From NCBI GenBank assembly GCA_028707875.1, contig JAQWAC010000001.1, positions 13,829-77,828 on the forward strand: 64,000 bases of DNA, given 5' to 3'. Of this stretch, positions 46,888-56,817 are shown piece by piece. Within the stretch, counting starts at the first letter, position 1. Every line of letters starts with the position of its first letter. Source of the stretch: Candidatus Peribacteraceae bacterium (lineage in GTDB: Bacteria > Patescibacteriota > Gracilibacteria > Peribacterales > Peribacteraceae). The position numbers and the translations under genes are program-made. The notes beneath the pieces were generated by a model, which saw nothing but the letters and a program-made list of their open reading frames with translations, was not told where the DNA came from and searched no databases.

Positions 46888-49278
46888 ATGGAACCATCTT
46901 TCAACCCGACCATCATCGAGGATAAGTGGCAGAAGAAGTGGGAGGAAGCCAGGATCTACGAAGCGGATCTGAAGAAAGCCAAGAATCCCTTCTACGCGCT
47001 CGTGATGTTCCCGTACCCGAGCGGGGACAAGCTCCACGTGGGGCACTGGTACAACTTCGCTCCGGCGGACAGTTACGCGCGCTTCATGCGGATGCACGGG
47101 AAGGATGTCATGGCGCCCATGGGCTTCGATGCATTCGGGCTGCCTGCGGAGAACTATGCCATCAAGAGCGGCATCCATCCGGACACGTCCACGCGCAGTA
47201 ACGTGCAAACCATGGTGAAGCAGCTGCGACGTATGGGCTGCATGTACGACTGGTCCAAGATGGTGAACACGTCCACGCCCGAGTACTACCGTTGGACGCA
47301 GTGGCTCTTCCTCCAGATGTACGAGCGCACGTTGGCTTACAAGAAGGAGGCGCCGGTGAATTTCTGTCCGAGTTGCCAGACGGTGCTGGCCAATGAGCAG
47401 GCGCAGGACGGCAAGTGCGAACGATGCGGGACAGAAGTGATCCAGAAGAACCTGAGTCAGTGGTTCTGGAAGATCACGGATTATGCCGAACGGTTGCTGA
47501 ACGGTCTCGAGGATCTGGACTGGCCGGAAAAAACCAAGATCATGCAGAGGAACTGGATCGGGAAGAGCGAAGGAGCAGAGATCACGTTTGATATCGTCGG
47601 TCACGATGAGCGGATCACCGTCTTCACCACGCGCCCCGACACGCTCTTCGGCGCCACGTATATGGTCTTGGCTCCGGAGCACCCGCTGGTGGAGAAGATC
47701 ACGCCCAAGTCGCACTGGGGCGCTGTGCATGCATATCGTGAGGGAGTGAAGAAGAAGACGGAACTCGAGCGGACAGATTTGGCAAAAGTGAAAACCGGCG
47801 AACCGACGGGCGCGTTTGCGGTCAATCCCGCGACGGGCGAGGAGATTCCCATCTGGATTGCGGACTACGTGCTCTCCACGTACGGAACCGGAGCGATCAT
47901 GGCGGTGCCGGCGCATGACGAACGCGACTTCGCATTTGCCAAAAAGTTCAACCTGCCGATCAAAGAAGTGGTGGCGGGAGGAAATGTGGAGGAGGCGGCC
48001 TTTTGCGACGAGGGCCCTGCGGTGAATTCGGAATTCCTGAATGGACTGAAAACCTCCGATGCCAAGAAGCGCATGATCGCGTGGCTGGAGGATGCGGGGA
48101 AGGGGAGGGAGCGGACCACGTACCGACTCCGTGACTGGCTGGTCAGCCGCCAACGGTACTGGGGCGCGCCGATTCCCATTGTCTACGATCCCGAGGGGAA
48201 ACCGCATCCGGTTCCGGAGAAGCATTTGCCGTGGCTGCTTCCGGATGATGTGGAGTTCAAACCGACGGGCAAGTCTCCGCTCATGGAGAGCAAGGAATTC
48301 ATCCGCCGCACCGAGAAGATCTTCGGCAAAGGGTGGACGCCCGAGTTCGATACGATGGATACCTTCGTTTGCAGCAGCTTCTACTACCTCCGGTATCTGG
48401 CCGGGGGTGACGAGAAGCGCATTGTGGATCCAACGATTGAGCGGAAGTGGATGCCGGTGAGCATGTACATCGGCGGACCGGAGCATGCGTGCATGCACCT
48501 GATCTACGCACGATTTGTGATGATGGCACTCAAAGATTTTGGCTTCGTGTCGCATGAAGAACCGTTCAAAAAATTAGTTCACCAAGGTCTGATCACCCAC
48601 AAGGGGGCCAAGATGAGCAAGAGCAAAGGCAACGTCGTGAGTCCGGACAGCTTCGTGGACCGCTACGGGTCCGATGTCTTCCGCATGTACCTGATGTTCA
48701 TGGGTCCCTTCACCGACGGAGGGGACTGGAATGATCTGGGGATCAAGGGGATTGATCGCTTCGTGAGGCGCTTGTACGCGCTTTGCACGGAGAGTGTGAA
48801 TAAAAAAGTAGATCAACAGAAAGTCATTGCGACCGTGCATCGGACGGTGAAGAAAGTCACGAGAGATATCGGGGAAATGCACTTCAACACCGCCATCTCC
48901 GCGCTCATGGAACTCCTCAATCTTCTGGAAGAGGAAGGGGGAGTGAGCAAGGAATCTGCGAAGACCATGGTCCTTCTGCTCGCTCCGCTCGCCCCGCACC
49001 TGAGCGAGGAGCTCTGGGAAGTTCTCGGCGGGAAGGGCTTTGTGATCGAGCAGCACTGGCCGCTCTTCGAGGAAGCACTCACCAAAGAGTCGATGGTGGT
49101 TCTTGCGATTCAGGTGAACGGGAAAGTCCGCGGCGAGATCGAGGTGGAGGCGAATGCCGCGAAGGACGATGTTCTCGCGAAAGCGAAGGAGCACCCGAAT
49201 GTGCACAAGTTTCTGGAGGGAATGGTTATTAAGAAGGAAATATATGTACCTTGTAAATTAGTTAGTATTGTTGTTTAA
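46888..49278 (+). CDS. leuS: leucine--tRNA ligase
   Basis: PYPSGDKLHVGHWYNF (HIGH region), editing domain, GAKMSKSKGN (KMSKS). Start at MEPSFNP (46888). Confidence 0.95.
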   Translation: MEPSFNPTIIEDKWQKKWEEARIYEADLKKAKNPFYALVMFPYPSGDKLHVGHWYNFAPADSYARFMRMHGKDVMAPMGFDAFGLPAENYAIKSGIHPDTSTRSNVQTMVKQLRRMGCMYDWSKMVNTSTPEYYRWTQWLFLQMYERTLAYKKEAPVNFCPSCQTVLANEQAQDGKCERCGTEVIQKNLSQWFWKITDYAERLLNGLEDLDWPEKTKIMQRNWIGKSEGAEITFDIVGHDERITVFTTRPDTLFGATYMVLAPEHPLVEKITPKSHWGAVHAYREGVKKKTELERTDLAKVKTGEPTGAFAVNPATGEEIPIWIADYVLSTYGTGAIMAVPAHDERDFAFAKKFNLPIKEVVAGGNVEEAAFCDEGPAVNSEFLNGLKTSDAKKRMIAWLEDAGKGRERTTYRLRDWLVSRQRYWGAPIPIVYDPEGKPHPVPEKHLPWLLPDDVEFKPTGKSPLMESKEFIRRTEKIFGKGWTPEFDTMDTFVCSSFYYLRYLAGGDEKRIVDPTIERKWMPVSMYIGGPEHACMHLIYARFVMMALKDFGFVSHEEPFKKLVHQGLITHKGAKMSKSKGNVVSPDSFVDRYGSDVFRMYLMFMGPFTDGGDWNDLGIKGIDRFVRRLYALCTESVNKKVDQQKVIATVHRTVKKVTRDIGEMHFNTAISALMELLNLLEEEGGVSKESAKTMVLLLAPLAPHLSEELWEVLGGKGFVIEQHWPLFEEALTKESMVVLAIQVNGKVRGEIEVEANAAKDDVLAKAKEHPNVHKFLEGMVIKKEIYVPCKLVSIVV

Positions 49279-49306
49279 TACAATTACTTCTACCCCAATC
49301 CTTCTG

Positions 49307-49863
49307 ATGGAACGAGAGGTTCCCATTGTTCAAATTCCTCTTGGACTTCCTGAAAAGAAGCTCGTTATATGTCAGGGGTTTCATGGACCTTTTCATCGTC
49401 GCATGCCTACATCCATTCAGTTGGATTACGCAGTGGATTTGCAACTCCCGTCGGTTCCATTGTCCTGGCAGCCCGTGACGGTATCGTGCGCGAGCTCTCT
49501 ATGTCCTCAAACCACTTTTCACGAGACCTCGACCTCGCCCCGGACAAAGTCGCTGACTATGTGGCCTTTGTCACGAATTGGATTTCACTCGAGCATGATG
49601 ATGGTTTGCAAACGGTCTATGCTCACCTGATGAGTGAGAGTCAACGTGTTGAGAGAGGGCAGCGGGTTCATGCCGGTCAGATACTGGCGCGAACAGGTCT
49701 TAGCGGATGGATGGGGGATATTGATAACCTGCATTTTCATGTTCAGGAGTGGCAACTTCCGGCAGAACACGGCGGAAGAGGAAGAACGGCCACGGTGCGG
49801 TTCTTTCTCAATGGATACAAGGGGCCTTTGGAGCATGGAGAGCTCTTCCCGCAAAATAAGTGA
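49307..49863 (+). pseudogene. M23-family metallopeptidase interrupted by a 1-nt frameshift
   Basis: The N-terminal part (GFHGPFHRR...QLDYAVDLQLP) is in the frame of ORF 49268-49630. The rest (PVGSIVLAARDGIV...YAHL...GDIDNLHFHVQ) is in ORF 49369-49863. One extra C in the CCC run at 49447-49449 would restore DLQLPVGSIV. Confidence 0.6.
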
Positions 49864-49866
49864 TCG

Positions 49867-50310
49867 TCAATTCCTCGAGACATTGATGCCGAGCTCTTTC
49901 AGTCTCCTGCAGACGGCTTTTTGAAGTCGATGAAGGAAGATAACTCTTTTGACGCATCCGAACTGTGCTGCGATGGCAAGCTCTTCGCGTAAGTTCAACG
50001 TAAAATCATTGTTAGTGAGATCGTGGAGAATATCCGATTCGGGATCTTCATGGTCCACGCGGGAAATACATAAGGAGATGATTTCCTTTTCATCTGCACG
50101 GATTTGATCGATGAGTTGGCGGATACTCTCTTCCGTACGTTGTTCCACATAGTGATCGAGTCTCCGCCACAGAATGAAGATTCGTCGCTCAATATCGTCG
50201 AGTGCATCCGTCAGTTCATTTTTCTCCGCATTCGGGTCATCGGATTGTCTGGCCTGCAGAGTTATTTGCACAGCCCGATCGGGAGTCCATGGGGCGAGGG
50301 TGGATTCCAT
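49867..50310 (-). CDS. hypothetical protein
   Basis: 147-aa ORF in a lower-GC stretch; no family recognised. Confidence 0.5.
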   Translation of the reverse strand: MESTLAPWTPDRAVQITLQARQSDDPNAEKNELTDALDDIERRIFILWRRLDHYVEQRTEESIRQLIDQIRADEKEIISLCISRVDHEDPESDILHDLTNNDFTLNLREELAIAAQFGCVKRVIFLHRLQKAVCRRLKELGINVSRN

Positions 50311-50360
50311 TGTGCGGGCATTCTATTCGTGCGGAACCCGTTGTCCACAACGGGGGGAGA

Positions 50361-51830
50361 ATGCCGTATGCTGCTCCGGTGGATCATCCCTTCGACCGTT
50401 ATGCGGCGTTCACGGATCTTGCAGCTTTGAAGGAAGCAAGCATCCGGCCTCTGCGCAAGTGCGTGCGCGTGAACACACTTAAATGTTCCGTGGAAACGTT
50501 CAAAGCATGGGCGAAGGAAAAGGGGTGGAAACTCACGCCCGTTCCATGGAGCAGGGAGGGATTTTTTGTGGAGCGCGAGGATCATGCGACGGCATTGGGG
50601 CGTGACTTGCGGCATTTGCTCGGACACTTTTACATGCAGGAGGCCTCCAGCATGCTGCCGGTTTCATTGCTTGATCCCCAACCCGGTGAGGCGGTGCTCG
50701 ATTTGTGTGCGGCCCCCGGGAGCAAGACGACGCAGATGGCGGATGCCATGCAGGGAAGGGGAGTCATCATTGCGAATGACATGCAGGAGAAACGTCTCCG
50801 CATTCTCTGCGATGCGCTGCAGCGGACGGGAGCGGCGAGCGTGGTTGTCACGCGCAAGGTGGGGCAGTGGTTTGGCAATCACATGACCGAGCGCTTTGAT
50901 CGCGTGCTCTGTGATGCGCCATGTACCGCGCAGGGAACGTCGCGCAAGGATCCGACGGCGCTCACATACTGTTCCACGGCATCCATCATCAGTGCGGCGC
51001 GCCTGCAGCATGAGCTTCTGGAAGCGGCGGTCCATGCGGCCAAAGTCGGAGGGCGCATCGTCTATTCCACCTGCACGCTCACGCCGGAGGAGAACGAAGC
51101 CGTTGCACTCGATATATTGAACAAATATTGTGATCAATTGGAAGTCGTTCAGCCGCCTGAGTTCGCAATGGAAAATGGAAAATGGACAATGGAAAATGCC
51201 GTCGAGGATTCATTGAAAGTGCAGAAATATCTTCAGAAGGAGCATAATGATCAATCATCCATTATCCATTATCCATTTCTTCGCTTGTGGCCCCAGACCT
51301 ACAACACCGAGGGATTCTTCTGTGCTGTCTTCAGGAAAGTGAAACGGACGAAGGAGCCGCAACACACGGATCTGGCGAAGAGAACCTCTGCGCCGCTTCC
51401 CAAAGCGAAGCGTGTAACACTCCAAAAATTGATGAAGGAACAGTTTGGGACGGATTTTCTTCAGGAAGGCGATGCTCTGGTCGAGCGCATGCAGCAGGTG
51501 CTTCTGACGACGGAAATGGCGGACGGCTTCCCGTTGCCTGTCACGGATTACGCCTGCGGGATTCCCTTTTCGAAGATGCTTCCCGACGGACGCTTCCGCG
51601 TGACGAATGAACTTGTTTCCTTGCGCGGCGAAATGGCGAAGAAGCAGACGATGGATCTGAGTGATGATCAGCTTTCCCTGCTCCTTTCCGGCAGAGACCT
51701 CACCTGCAGCGGTTCATTGAAGGGCGATACGATTCTCACCTTCCGCGGCATCTCCTTGGGGTTGGGACTTGCGAAGGAAGGAGTGCTTTTGAATCGATTG
51801 CCCAGATGGGTGGTGAAGCTGGGCAGCTGA
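50361..51830 (+). CDS. NOL1/NOP2/Sun (RsmB/RsmF-like) rRNA cytosine-C5 methyltransferase
   Basis: DLCAAPGSKTTQ (SAM motif), DAPCTAQGT, YSTCTLTPEENE. Start at MPYAAPV (50361). Confidence 0.85.
   Translation: MPYAAPVDHPFDRYAAFTDLAALKEASIRPLRKCVRVNTLKCSVETFKAWAKEKGWKLTPVPWSREGFFVEREDHATALGRDLRHLLGHFYMQEASSMLPVSLLDPQPGEAVLDLCAAPGSKTTQMADAMQGRGVIIANDMQEKRLRILCDALQRTGAASVVVTRKVGQWFGNHMTERFDRVLCDAPCTAQGTSRKDPTALTYCSTASIISAARLQHELLEAAVHAAKVGGRIVYSTCTLTPEENEAVALDILNKYCDQLEVVQPPEFAMENGKWTMENAVEDSLKVQKYLQKEHNDQSSIIHYPFLRLWPQTYNTEGFFCAVFRKVKRTKEPQHTDLAKRTSAPLPKAKRVTLQKLMKEQFGTDFLQEGDALVERMQQVLLTTEMADGFPLPVTDYACGIPFSKMLPDGRFRVTNELVSLRGEMAKKQTMDLSDDQLSLLLSGRDLTCSGSLKGDTILTFRGISLGLGLAKEGVLLNRLPRWVVKLGS
51165..51284. 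repeat. in-frame word-periodic palindromic insertion (AATGGAAA words) inside the methyltransferase CDS
   Basis: Left arm GCAATGGAAAATGGAAAATGGACAATGGAAAATGCC. The right-arm reverse complement reads GAAATGGATAATGGATAATGGATGATTGATC. Encodes AMENGKWTMENA...SSIIHYPFL. Lower GC than the flanks. Confidence 0.65.
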
Positions 51831-53222
51831 TCAGGCAGTTTTCCGTCTCAGCAGAGCTGAGAGCACCGGTGGCGTGAGCAGGGTTGTCATGATGATCACG
51901 ATCACGATGACGGAGAACATCTCGTCGGATACCACGCCCAGTCCCTTTCCGATGGTCGCGAAGATCAGTCCCACTTCGCCGCGCGGCACCATGCCCCAGC
52001 CCACAAGCCACTTCCGCTTGCCTTTACCCGCTGCAGCCCCCGCAACGATCTTCCCTGCGAATGCGATGACGGTGATCCCGAGAGCGGTGAGGAGGATGGG
52101 GCCGTTAAACATCGTCTCCAGCTTGACTCCCATTCCCGTCATTATGAAGAAAAGCGGTACAAGCAGGTGGCCCACGGGTTCAATGAGATCCTCGATGTGC
52201 CGGTGCGCATGCGGCTCGATGACAGCATGGACTCGTTCCTGCAAAAGTTGATCGGAACTGCCCACCAATTCCTTCACATCGGAGATCACTTTGGGATCCT
52301 TGAAGTAGCGGAAGTGTACGGGGTCAAGAACAAGGCCGGCCGCGAAGGCACCGACGATCGGGGCCAGTCCGACCCATTGTGCCGCAGCGGCAAAAATCAG
52401 ACAGAAGCTGATGGCCAGCGTGAATTTCATCCCCACGCCGGTGTGGATCTTGGAGAAAGCCTTGCCGAGCGGGTGCGCGGAGAAGTGTCCGATGACGATG
52501 GCGCCTACAAGAAAGGCGAGGGCTTTTCCCGTGATGATGCCGATCTGCGCCATGCTCACGTTGCCGGTGGTGGCAATGGCGGAGACAATGGCAAGGATGA
52601 TGAGTCCGAGCACGTCATCGATGACGGCCGCACCCAGCACGATCTGCGCTTCCGGTGTCTGGAGTTTTCCCAGATCCTTGAAGACGCGCGCTGTGATGCC
52701 CACGGAGGTGGCGGTAAGAGCCGCGCCGAGGAAGAGATACGCCGGCATGGGAAGCCCCGGCAGGAGCCATGGTCCGACCAGCCACGTTCCCGTGACGAAC
52801 GGGACGATTACACCCACCATGGCCACGAGAAAAGCGGGAATGCCCACCTTACCCATTTTTTGGATGTTTGACTCCAGCCCTATCTGGAAGAGCAGGATCA
52901 CCACGCCCAATTCCGCAAGAAAAGCGATCGTGTCGTTTTCTTTCACCGGTTCGAAGATATGTATGTTGAGAAGAACAAGGTTCCCCAATATCACACCCAT
53001 CACCAGTTCACCCAGCACAGATGCCTGCCCAACGCGTTCCACCAAACTGGCGATCTTGGCGGCGATCAACAGCACGGCGATCCAGAGGAAGGTGGAGGCG
53101 TACGAGTGCGCACCGGCTTCCGCTCCTTCGGATGCGAATGCGGTGGATGCACAGAGGAAGGTCAGGGCCGCGATCCACGGGAAGCATTTGTTGCGGATGA
53201 AGCGTTGGAGCAGGTGTGTCAT
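51831..53222 (-). CDS. cation:proton antiporter (CPA2, Kef/NapA-like)
   Basis: About 12 TM helices with the typical ELGVVILLFQIGLE segment. Start at MTHLLQRF (53222). Confidence 0.8.
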   Translation of the reverse strand: MTHLLQRFIRNKCFPWIAALTFLCASTAFASEGAEAGAHSYASTFLWIAVLLIAAKIASLVERVGQASVLGELVMGVILGNLVLLNIHIFEPVKENDTIAFLAELGVVILLFQIGLESNIQKMGKVGIPAFLVAMVGVIVPFVTGTWLVGPWLLPGLPMPAYLFLGAALTATSVGITARVFKDLGKLQTPEAQIVLGAAVIDDVLGLIILAIVSAIATTGNVSMAQIGIITGKALAFLVGAIVIGHFSAHPLGKAFSKIHTGVGMKFTLAISFCLIFAAAAQWVGLAPIVGAFAAGLVLDPVHFRYFKDPKVISDVKELVGSSDQLLQERVHAVIEPHAHRHIEDLIEPVGHLLVPLFFIMTGMGVKLETMFNGPILLTALGITVIAFAGKIVAGAAAGKGKRKWLVGWGMVPRGEVGLIFATIGKGLGVVSDEMFSVIVIVIIMTTLLTPPVLSALLRRKTA

Positions 53223-53305
53223 GAGAGAGGGGAAAAAAGGTTTGGCGAATTGTAAAGATTCCTTTTGAATCATTCAAGGCTCTCACGTTTATCTTTGCAA
53301 TCGGG

Positions 53306-53311
53306 TATACT
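53306..53311 (+). promoter_or_regulatory. -10-like TATACT, 9 nt upstream of the dnaG ATG
   Basis: Same hexamer and spacing as at leuS (46873) and rpoD (55281). No good -35. Confidence 0.3.
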
Positions 53312-53320
53312 CTGCCCCCC

Positions 53321-55066
53321 ATGGACGAGGTTTCCGAAATCAAAGCGCGGCTCCCGATCGAACAACTGGTCGGGCAGTACTGCCAGCTCAAGAAGAAGGG
53401 CAGGAACTTCGTGTGCCTCTGCCCCTTCCACAACGACACGCACCCGAGTCTTCTCGTCTCACCGGATAAAGGCATCGCGTACTGCTTCGCGTGCAGCAAG
53501 GGCGGGGACATTTTCAAGTTCTACGAGGAGATCGAGCATGTGGACTTCAAGCAGGCGCTCCATGACCTTGCGGAGAAAACGGGCGTGAAGCTCGAGGAGC
53601 GTGCCGGGAAGCCCGCCATGCCGAAGGATGAGAAGGAGCGGCTCCGTGAGTGCCTCAACGCGGCGCAGAAATTCTTCCGGCAGCAGCTCACCGTCATGCC
53701 GGTCGCGCAGGAATACATCAGGAAGCGACAGGTGACGCCGCAGGAAATCGAGTTCTTCGGGCTCGGGTTCGCACCCGATTCTTTCTCGCTGACATACGAT
53801 CATCTGCTCAAAGAAGGCTTCAGCAGGAGCGAAATCGTCGCGGCGGGTCTGGGGGTCCAGCGTGATCTGGCGGACGGTCGCATCTTTGACCGCTTCCGCA
53901 ACAGACTCATGTTCCCGATTTGGGATCATCAGGGCAATCTGGTCGCCTTCGGCGGACGCGCCATCGGCGAGGAGGATGCGAAGTACGTGAACTCCTCGGA
54001 CGGTCCGCTCTACAGCAAGTCGCAGGTGCTCTACGGACTCAATCTCGGTCGCGAAGCAATCAGGGAAAAGAACGCCGTGATCATGGTGGAGGGATACTTC
54101 GATCTTCTGGCCTGTCACAAGGTCGGCTGCCCGCATGCGGTCGCCGTCAGCGGAACCGCTCTGACGGAGCAGCATGTGAAGCTCCTCAAGCGCTATGCGG
54201 AGACGGCGATTCTCTGTCTGGATCAGGACAGAGCGGGGCGCGATGCGGCGGAGCGGTCGTTTCAGCTCCTCGCGCACGAGGGATTCCAGGTGCACGTCGT
54301 CTCGATGGCGGAGAAGGATCCCGATGAGGCGGCGAAGGCGAATCCGGTCCTGTTGAAGCAGTTGCTCAGTGACGGAGGCATGCCCTACCTTGATTTCGTA
54401 CTGGAGGAGATCGGCAAAGGCGATGTCCATTCCGCGCAGGGAAAAAGAGCGGCGCTCCAGCGCGTTCTCCCCCTCATTCAGTCCATCGTCTCTTCGGTGG
54501 AGCAGACGCACTACATGGGACGCGTGGCGTCGACACTCGGCACCACGGAAACGGCTCTTCGCGATGATCTGAAGCGTCTTCCCACCGTCACTTTTACACA
54601 GAAACAGGAAACGACCGATGTGACCGCCGTGAAGAGTGACCAGTTCTCTCCTCTGGAAATCGCACTCGGTCTCTTTCTGCTCTATCCGCAGCATCGCTCT
54701 CTTCTTGCGGAACTCATCGAGCCGCATGATGGATTCCCCGCCGCCCTGTATCGCGCACTGAAGAATGTTCCAGAGGGTGAGGCGTGGTCGCTTGCCTCTC
54801 TGGACCTTCCTCAGCAGGAGAAAGAACGTGCCTCCATCCTTCATCTGTTCTGCGAAGTGCACGGCTTCACCGACTGGTCCGACAATCTGGCCTCCCGTGA
54901 AATTCGCAAGAATTGCATGCGTGCCAATCACCTCACTCTGCGGATCAAGCAGATCCAGATCGCCGCGCAGCTCAAGGAGGCGCACGCACAGGGGCGATTC
55001 GTCGAGGAGTCGCAGCTCTCCACCCAGTATCAGCAGGTTCTGAAACTGGCGAAGATGGCGGGATAA
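53321..55066 (+). CDS. dnaG: DNA primase
   Basis: CHC2 zinc finger CPFHNDTHPS...CFACSKGGD, RNA polymerase core, TOPRIM (VEGYFDLL, LDQDRAGR). Confidence 0.95.
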   Translation: MDEVSEIKARLPIEQLVGQYCQLKKKGRNFVCLCPFHNDTHPSLLVSPDKGIAYCFACSKGGDIFKFYEEIEHVDFKQALHDLAEKTGVKLEERAGKPAMPKDEKERLRECLNAAQKFFRQQLTVMPVAQEYIRKRQVTPQEIEFFGLGFAPDSFSLTYDHLLKEGFSRSEIVAAGLGVQRDLADGRIFDRFRNRLMFPIWDHQGNLVAFGGRAIGEEDAKYVNSSDGPLYSKSQVLYGLNLGREAIREKNAVIMVEGYFDLLACHKVGCPHAVAVSGTALTEQHVKLLKRYAETAILCLDQDRAGRDAAERSFQLLAHEGFQVHVVSMAEKDPDEAAKANPVLLKQLLSDGGMPYLDFVLEEIGKGDVHSAQGKRAALQRVLPLIQSIVSSVEQTHYMGRVASTLGTTETALRDDLKRLPTVTFTQKQETTDVTAVKSDQFSPLEIALGLFLLYPQHRSLLAELIEPHDGFPAALYRALKNVPEGEAWSLASLDLPQQEKERASILHLFCEVHGFTDWSDNLASREIRKNCMRANHLTLRIKQIQIAAQLKEAHAQGRFVEESQLSTQYQQVLKLAKMAG

Positions 55067-55067
55067 A

Positions 55068-55103
55068 TCATGAGAGACAAACCTGCGGTTTTTCTCTCAT
55101 GAG
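55068..55103 (+). terminator. hairpin after dnaG
   Basis: TCATGAGAGACAAACC-TGC-GGTTTTTCTCTCATGA, followed by a T-rich tract. Confidence 0.5.
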
Positions 55104-55258
55104 CTCTCTTTTCCCTTAGCGGTGTGCCTCCAGGCAGGCGAAGCCTGCCTTCGGCACAATTATCACGAATTGAAGAAATGGCAGGTAGCTGCGTACCCGT
55201 ATCCTCTTGGAATGAGGGGGTATATTGCTTTCCAGAGAACTCTAAAAGCATTTTTTCC

Positions 55259-55286
55259 TTGGCGAACCGCCAAATTCTCCTATACT
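55259..55286 (+). promoter_or_regulatory. candidate rpoD promoter TTGGCG-N16-TATACT
   Basis: The -10 ends 10 nt before the ATG at 55297. Confidence 0.35.
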
Positions 55287-55296
55287 GCCTGCGCCC

Positions 55297-56754
55297 ATGG
55301 CCTCGCATCCGCGGAAGTTCATCGCGCAACCGACAGATGAGGATTTGAAAAAGTTTCCCGAATCGGTGAAACATCTCATCAAGAAAGGACGCGAACAGCG
55401 CTATGTGACGCATCAGGAAATCATGTCGGTGGTTCCCAATGCCGAAGAGAACGTTGATCTCCTCGATGAGATTTACACGTTGCTCACGGATCTGGGTATT
55501 CAGGTGATCGATGTGAAGGATGTGCTCATCTGGGAGAAGAAGGGAACGGCCAAGGCCGCTCTTCCCATCCCCGAGCCGGCGGAGGACCTTACGGAAATCG
55601 CGGCATCGGATCTGGATGAGGATGACGATGCCGACGGTGATGACAAAGTCGAGAAGCTCGAAGAAGAGGATACGATGCAGGTGGTGGCGACGGCGGGTAT
55701 CGAGATCGATGATCGTGATATTTCGGACGAGGAGAAGAAGAAGCGCCGCCGCGAGCGCGAAGTGGACCTTCTGGAAATTTCCAACGACTCCGTGCGCATG
55801 TATCTCTCGGAGATCGGTCGCGTGCCGCTCATTGACGGTCGCAAAGAGATCGAGCTGGCGCGCCGCATTCGCAAGGGCGATGCCTCCGCCAAACAGCAGC
55901 TTGCCGAGGCGAACCTCCGTCTCGTCGTGTCCATCGCGAAGAAGTATATCGGACGCGGGCTCTCGTTCCTCGATCTGATTCAGGAGGGGAACATCGGTCT
56001 CTTCCGCGCCGTGGAGAAGTTCGATCCGGATCGCGGGTTCAAATTCAGCACCTACGCAACATGGTGGATCCGTCAGGCGATCACGCGTGCCATCGCCGAT
56101 CAGGCCCGTACCATCCGTATTCCGGTGCACATGGTGGAGACGATCAACAAGCTTACGCACACCCAGCGCCGTCTGGTGCAGGAGCTCGGCCGCGAGCCGA
56201 CGGTGGAGGAACTGGCCGTGGAAATGGAGATGGACATCAAGAAGGTGCGCCACATCCAGAAGATCAGTCAGGACATCATTTCTCTCGAGTCACCCGTGGG
56301 TTCCGAGGAGGACAGCAAGCTGGGGGACTTCATCGAGGACGAGGATGCCGTGAATCCGTTCGACGCAACCAACAGGCAGCTGCGCAAGGAGAACGTCCAC
56401 GCGATGCTCGAGTTCCTCACTCCCCGCGAGCGCAAGATCATCGAGATGCGCTTCGGGCTTAAGGACGGCATCGGACACACGCTGGAGGAAGTCGGGAAGG
56501 AATTCGGCGTCACCCGCGAGCGCATCCGTCAGATCGAGGCCAAGGTGCTCCAGAAGATGCGTGATCACCCGCGTTCCATGACGATCCGCGAACATGGAGG
56601 TTCTCCCAAGCGGGTGGGCTTCTCGCCCGTGCAGACGTTCGTTCAGGGGCGTCTGTGTCCGGAGTGCCGCAAGGGCACGCTCGTCGATGTGATCCGTGAG
56701 GGCAAGGCACTGAAGAAGTGCGATCACTGCGCCTACGAGCTGAAGAGCTTCTAA
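55297..56754 (+). CDS. rpoD: primary sigma factor RpoD with a ~59-aa C-terminal zinc-ribbon extension
   Basis: Region 2 ([15 protein letters not shown]), region 3, region 4.2 ([23 protein letters not shown]), then an extra tail with CPEC...CDHC. Confidence 0.92.
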   Translation: MASHPRKFIAQPTDEDLKKFPESVKHLIKKGREQRYVTHQEIMSVVPNAEENVDLLDEIYTLLTDLGIQVIDVKDVLIWEKKGTAKAALPIPEPAEDLTEIAASDLDEDDDADGDDKVEKLEEEDTMQVVATAGIEIDDRDISDEEKKKRRREREVDLLEISNDSVRMYLSEIGRVPLIDGRKEIELARRIRKGDASAKQQLAEANLRLVVSIAKKYIGRGLSFLDLIQEGNIGLFRAVEKFDPDRGFKFSTYATWWIRQAITRAIADQARTIRIPVHMVETINKLTHTQRRLVQELGREPTVEELAVEMEMDIKKVRHIQKISQDIISLESPVGSEEDSKLGDFIEDEDAVNPFDATNRQLRKENVHAMLEFLTPRERKIIEMRFGLKDGIGHTLEEVGKEFGVTRERIRQIEAKVLQKMRDHPRSMTIREHGGSPKRVGFSPVQTFVQGRLCPECRKGTLVDVIREGKALKKCDHCAYELKSF

Positions 56755-56817
56755 GATGATTCCGGTGTTCGCATGTTCGATCATTATTTACTTCAGCATG
56801 CGTGCTATGCTTTCAAT

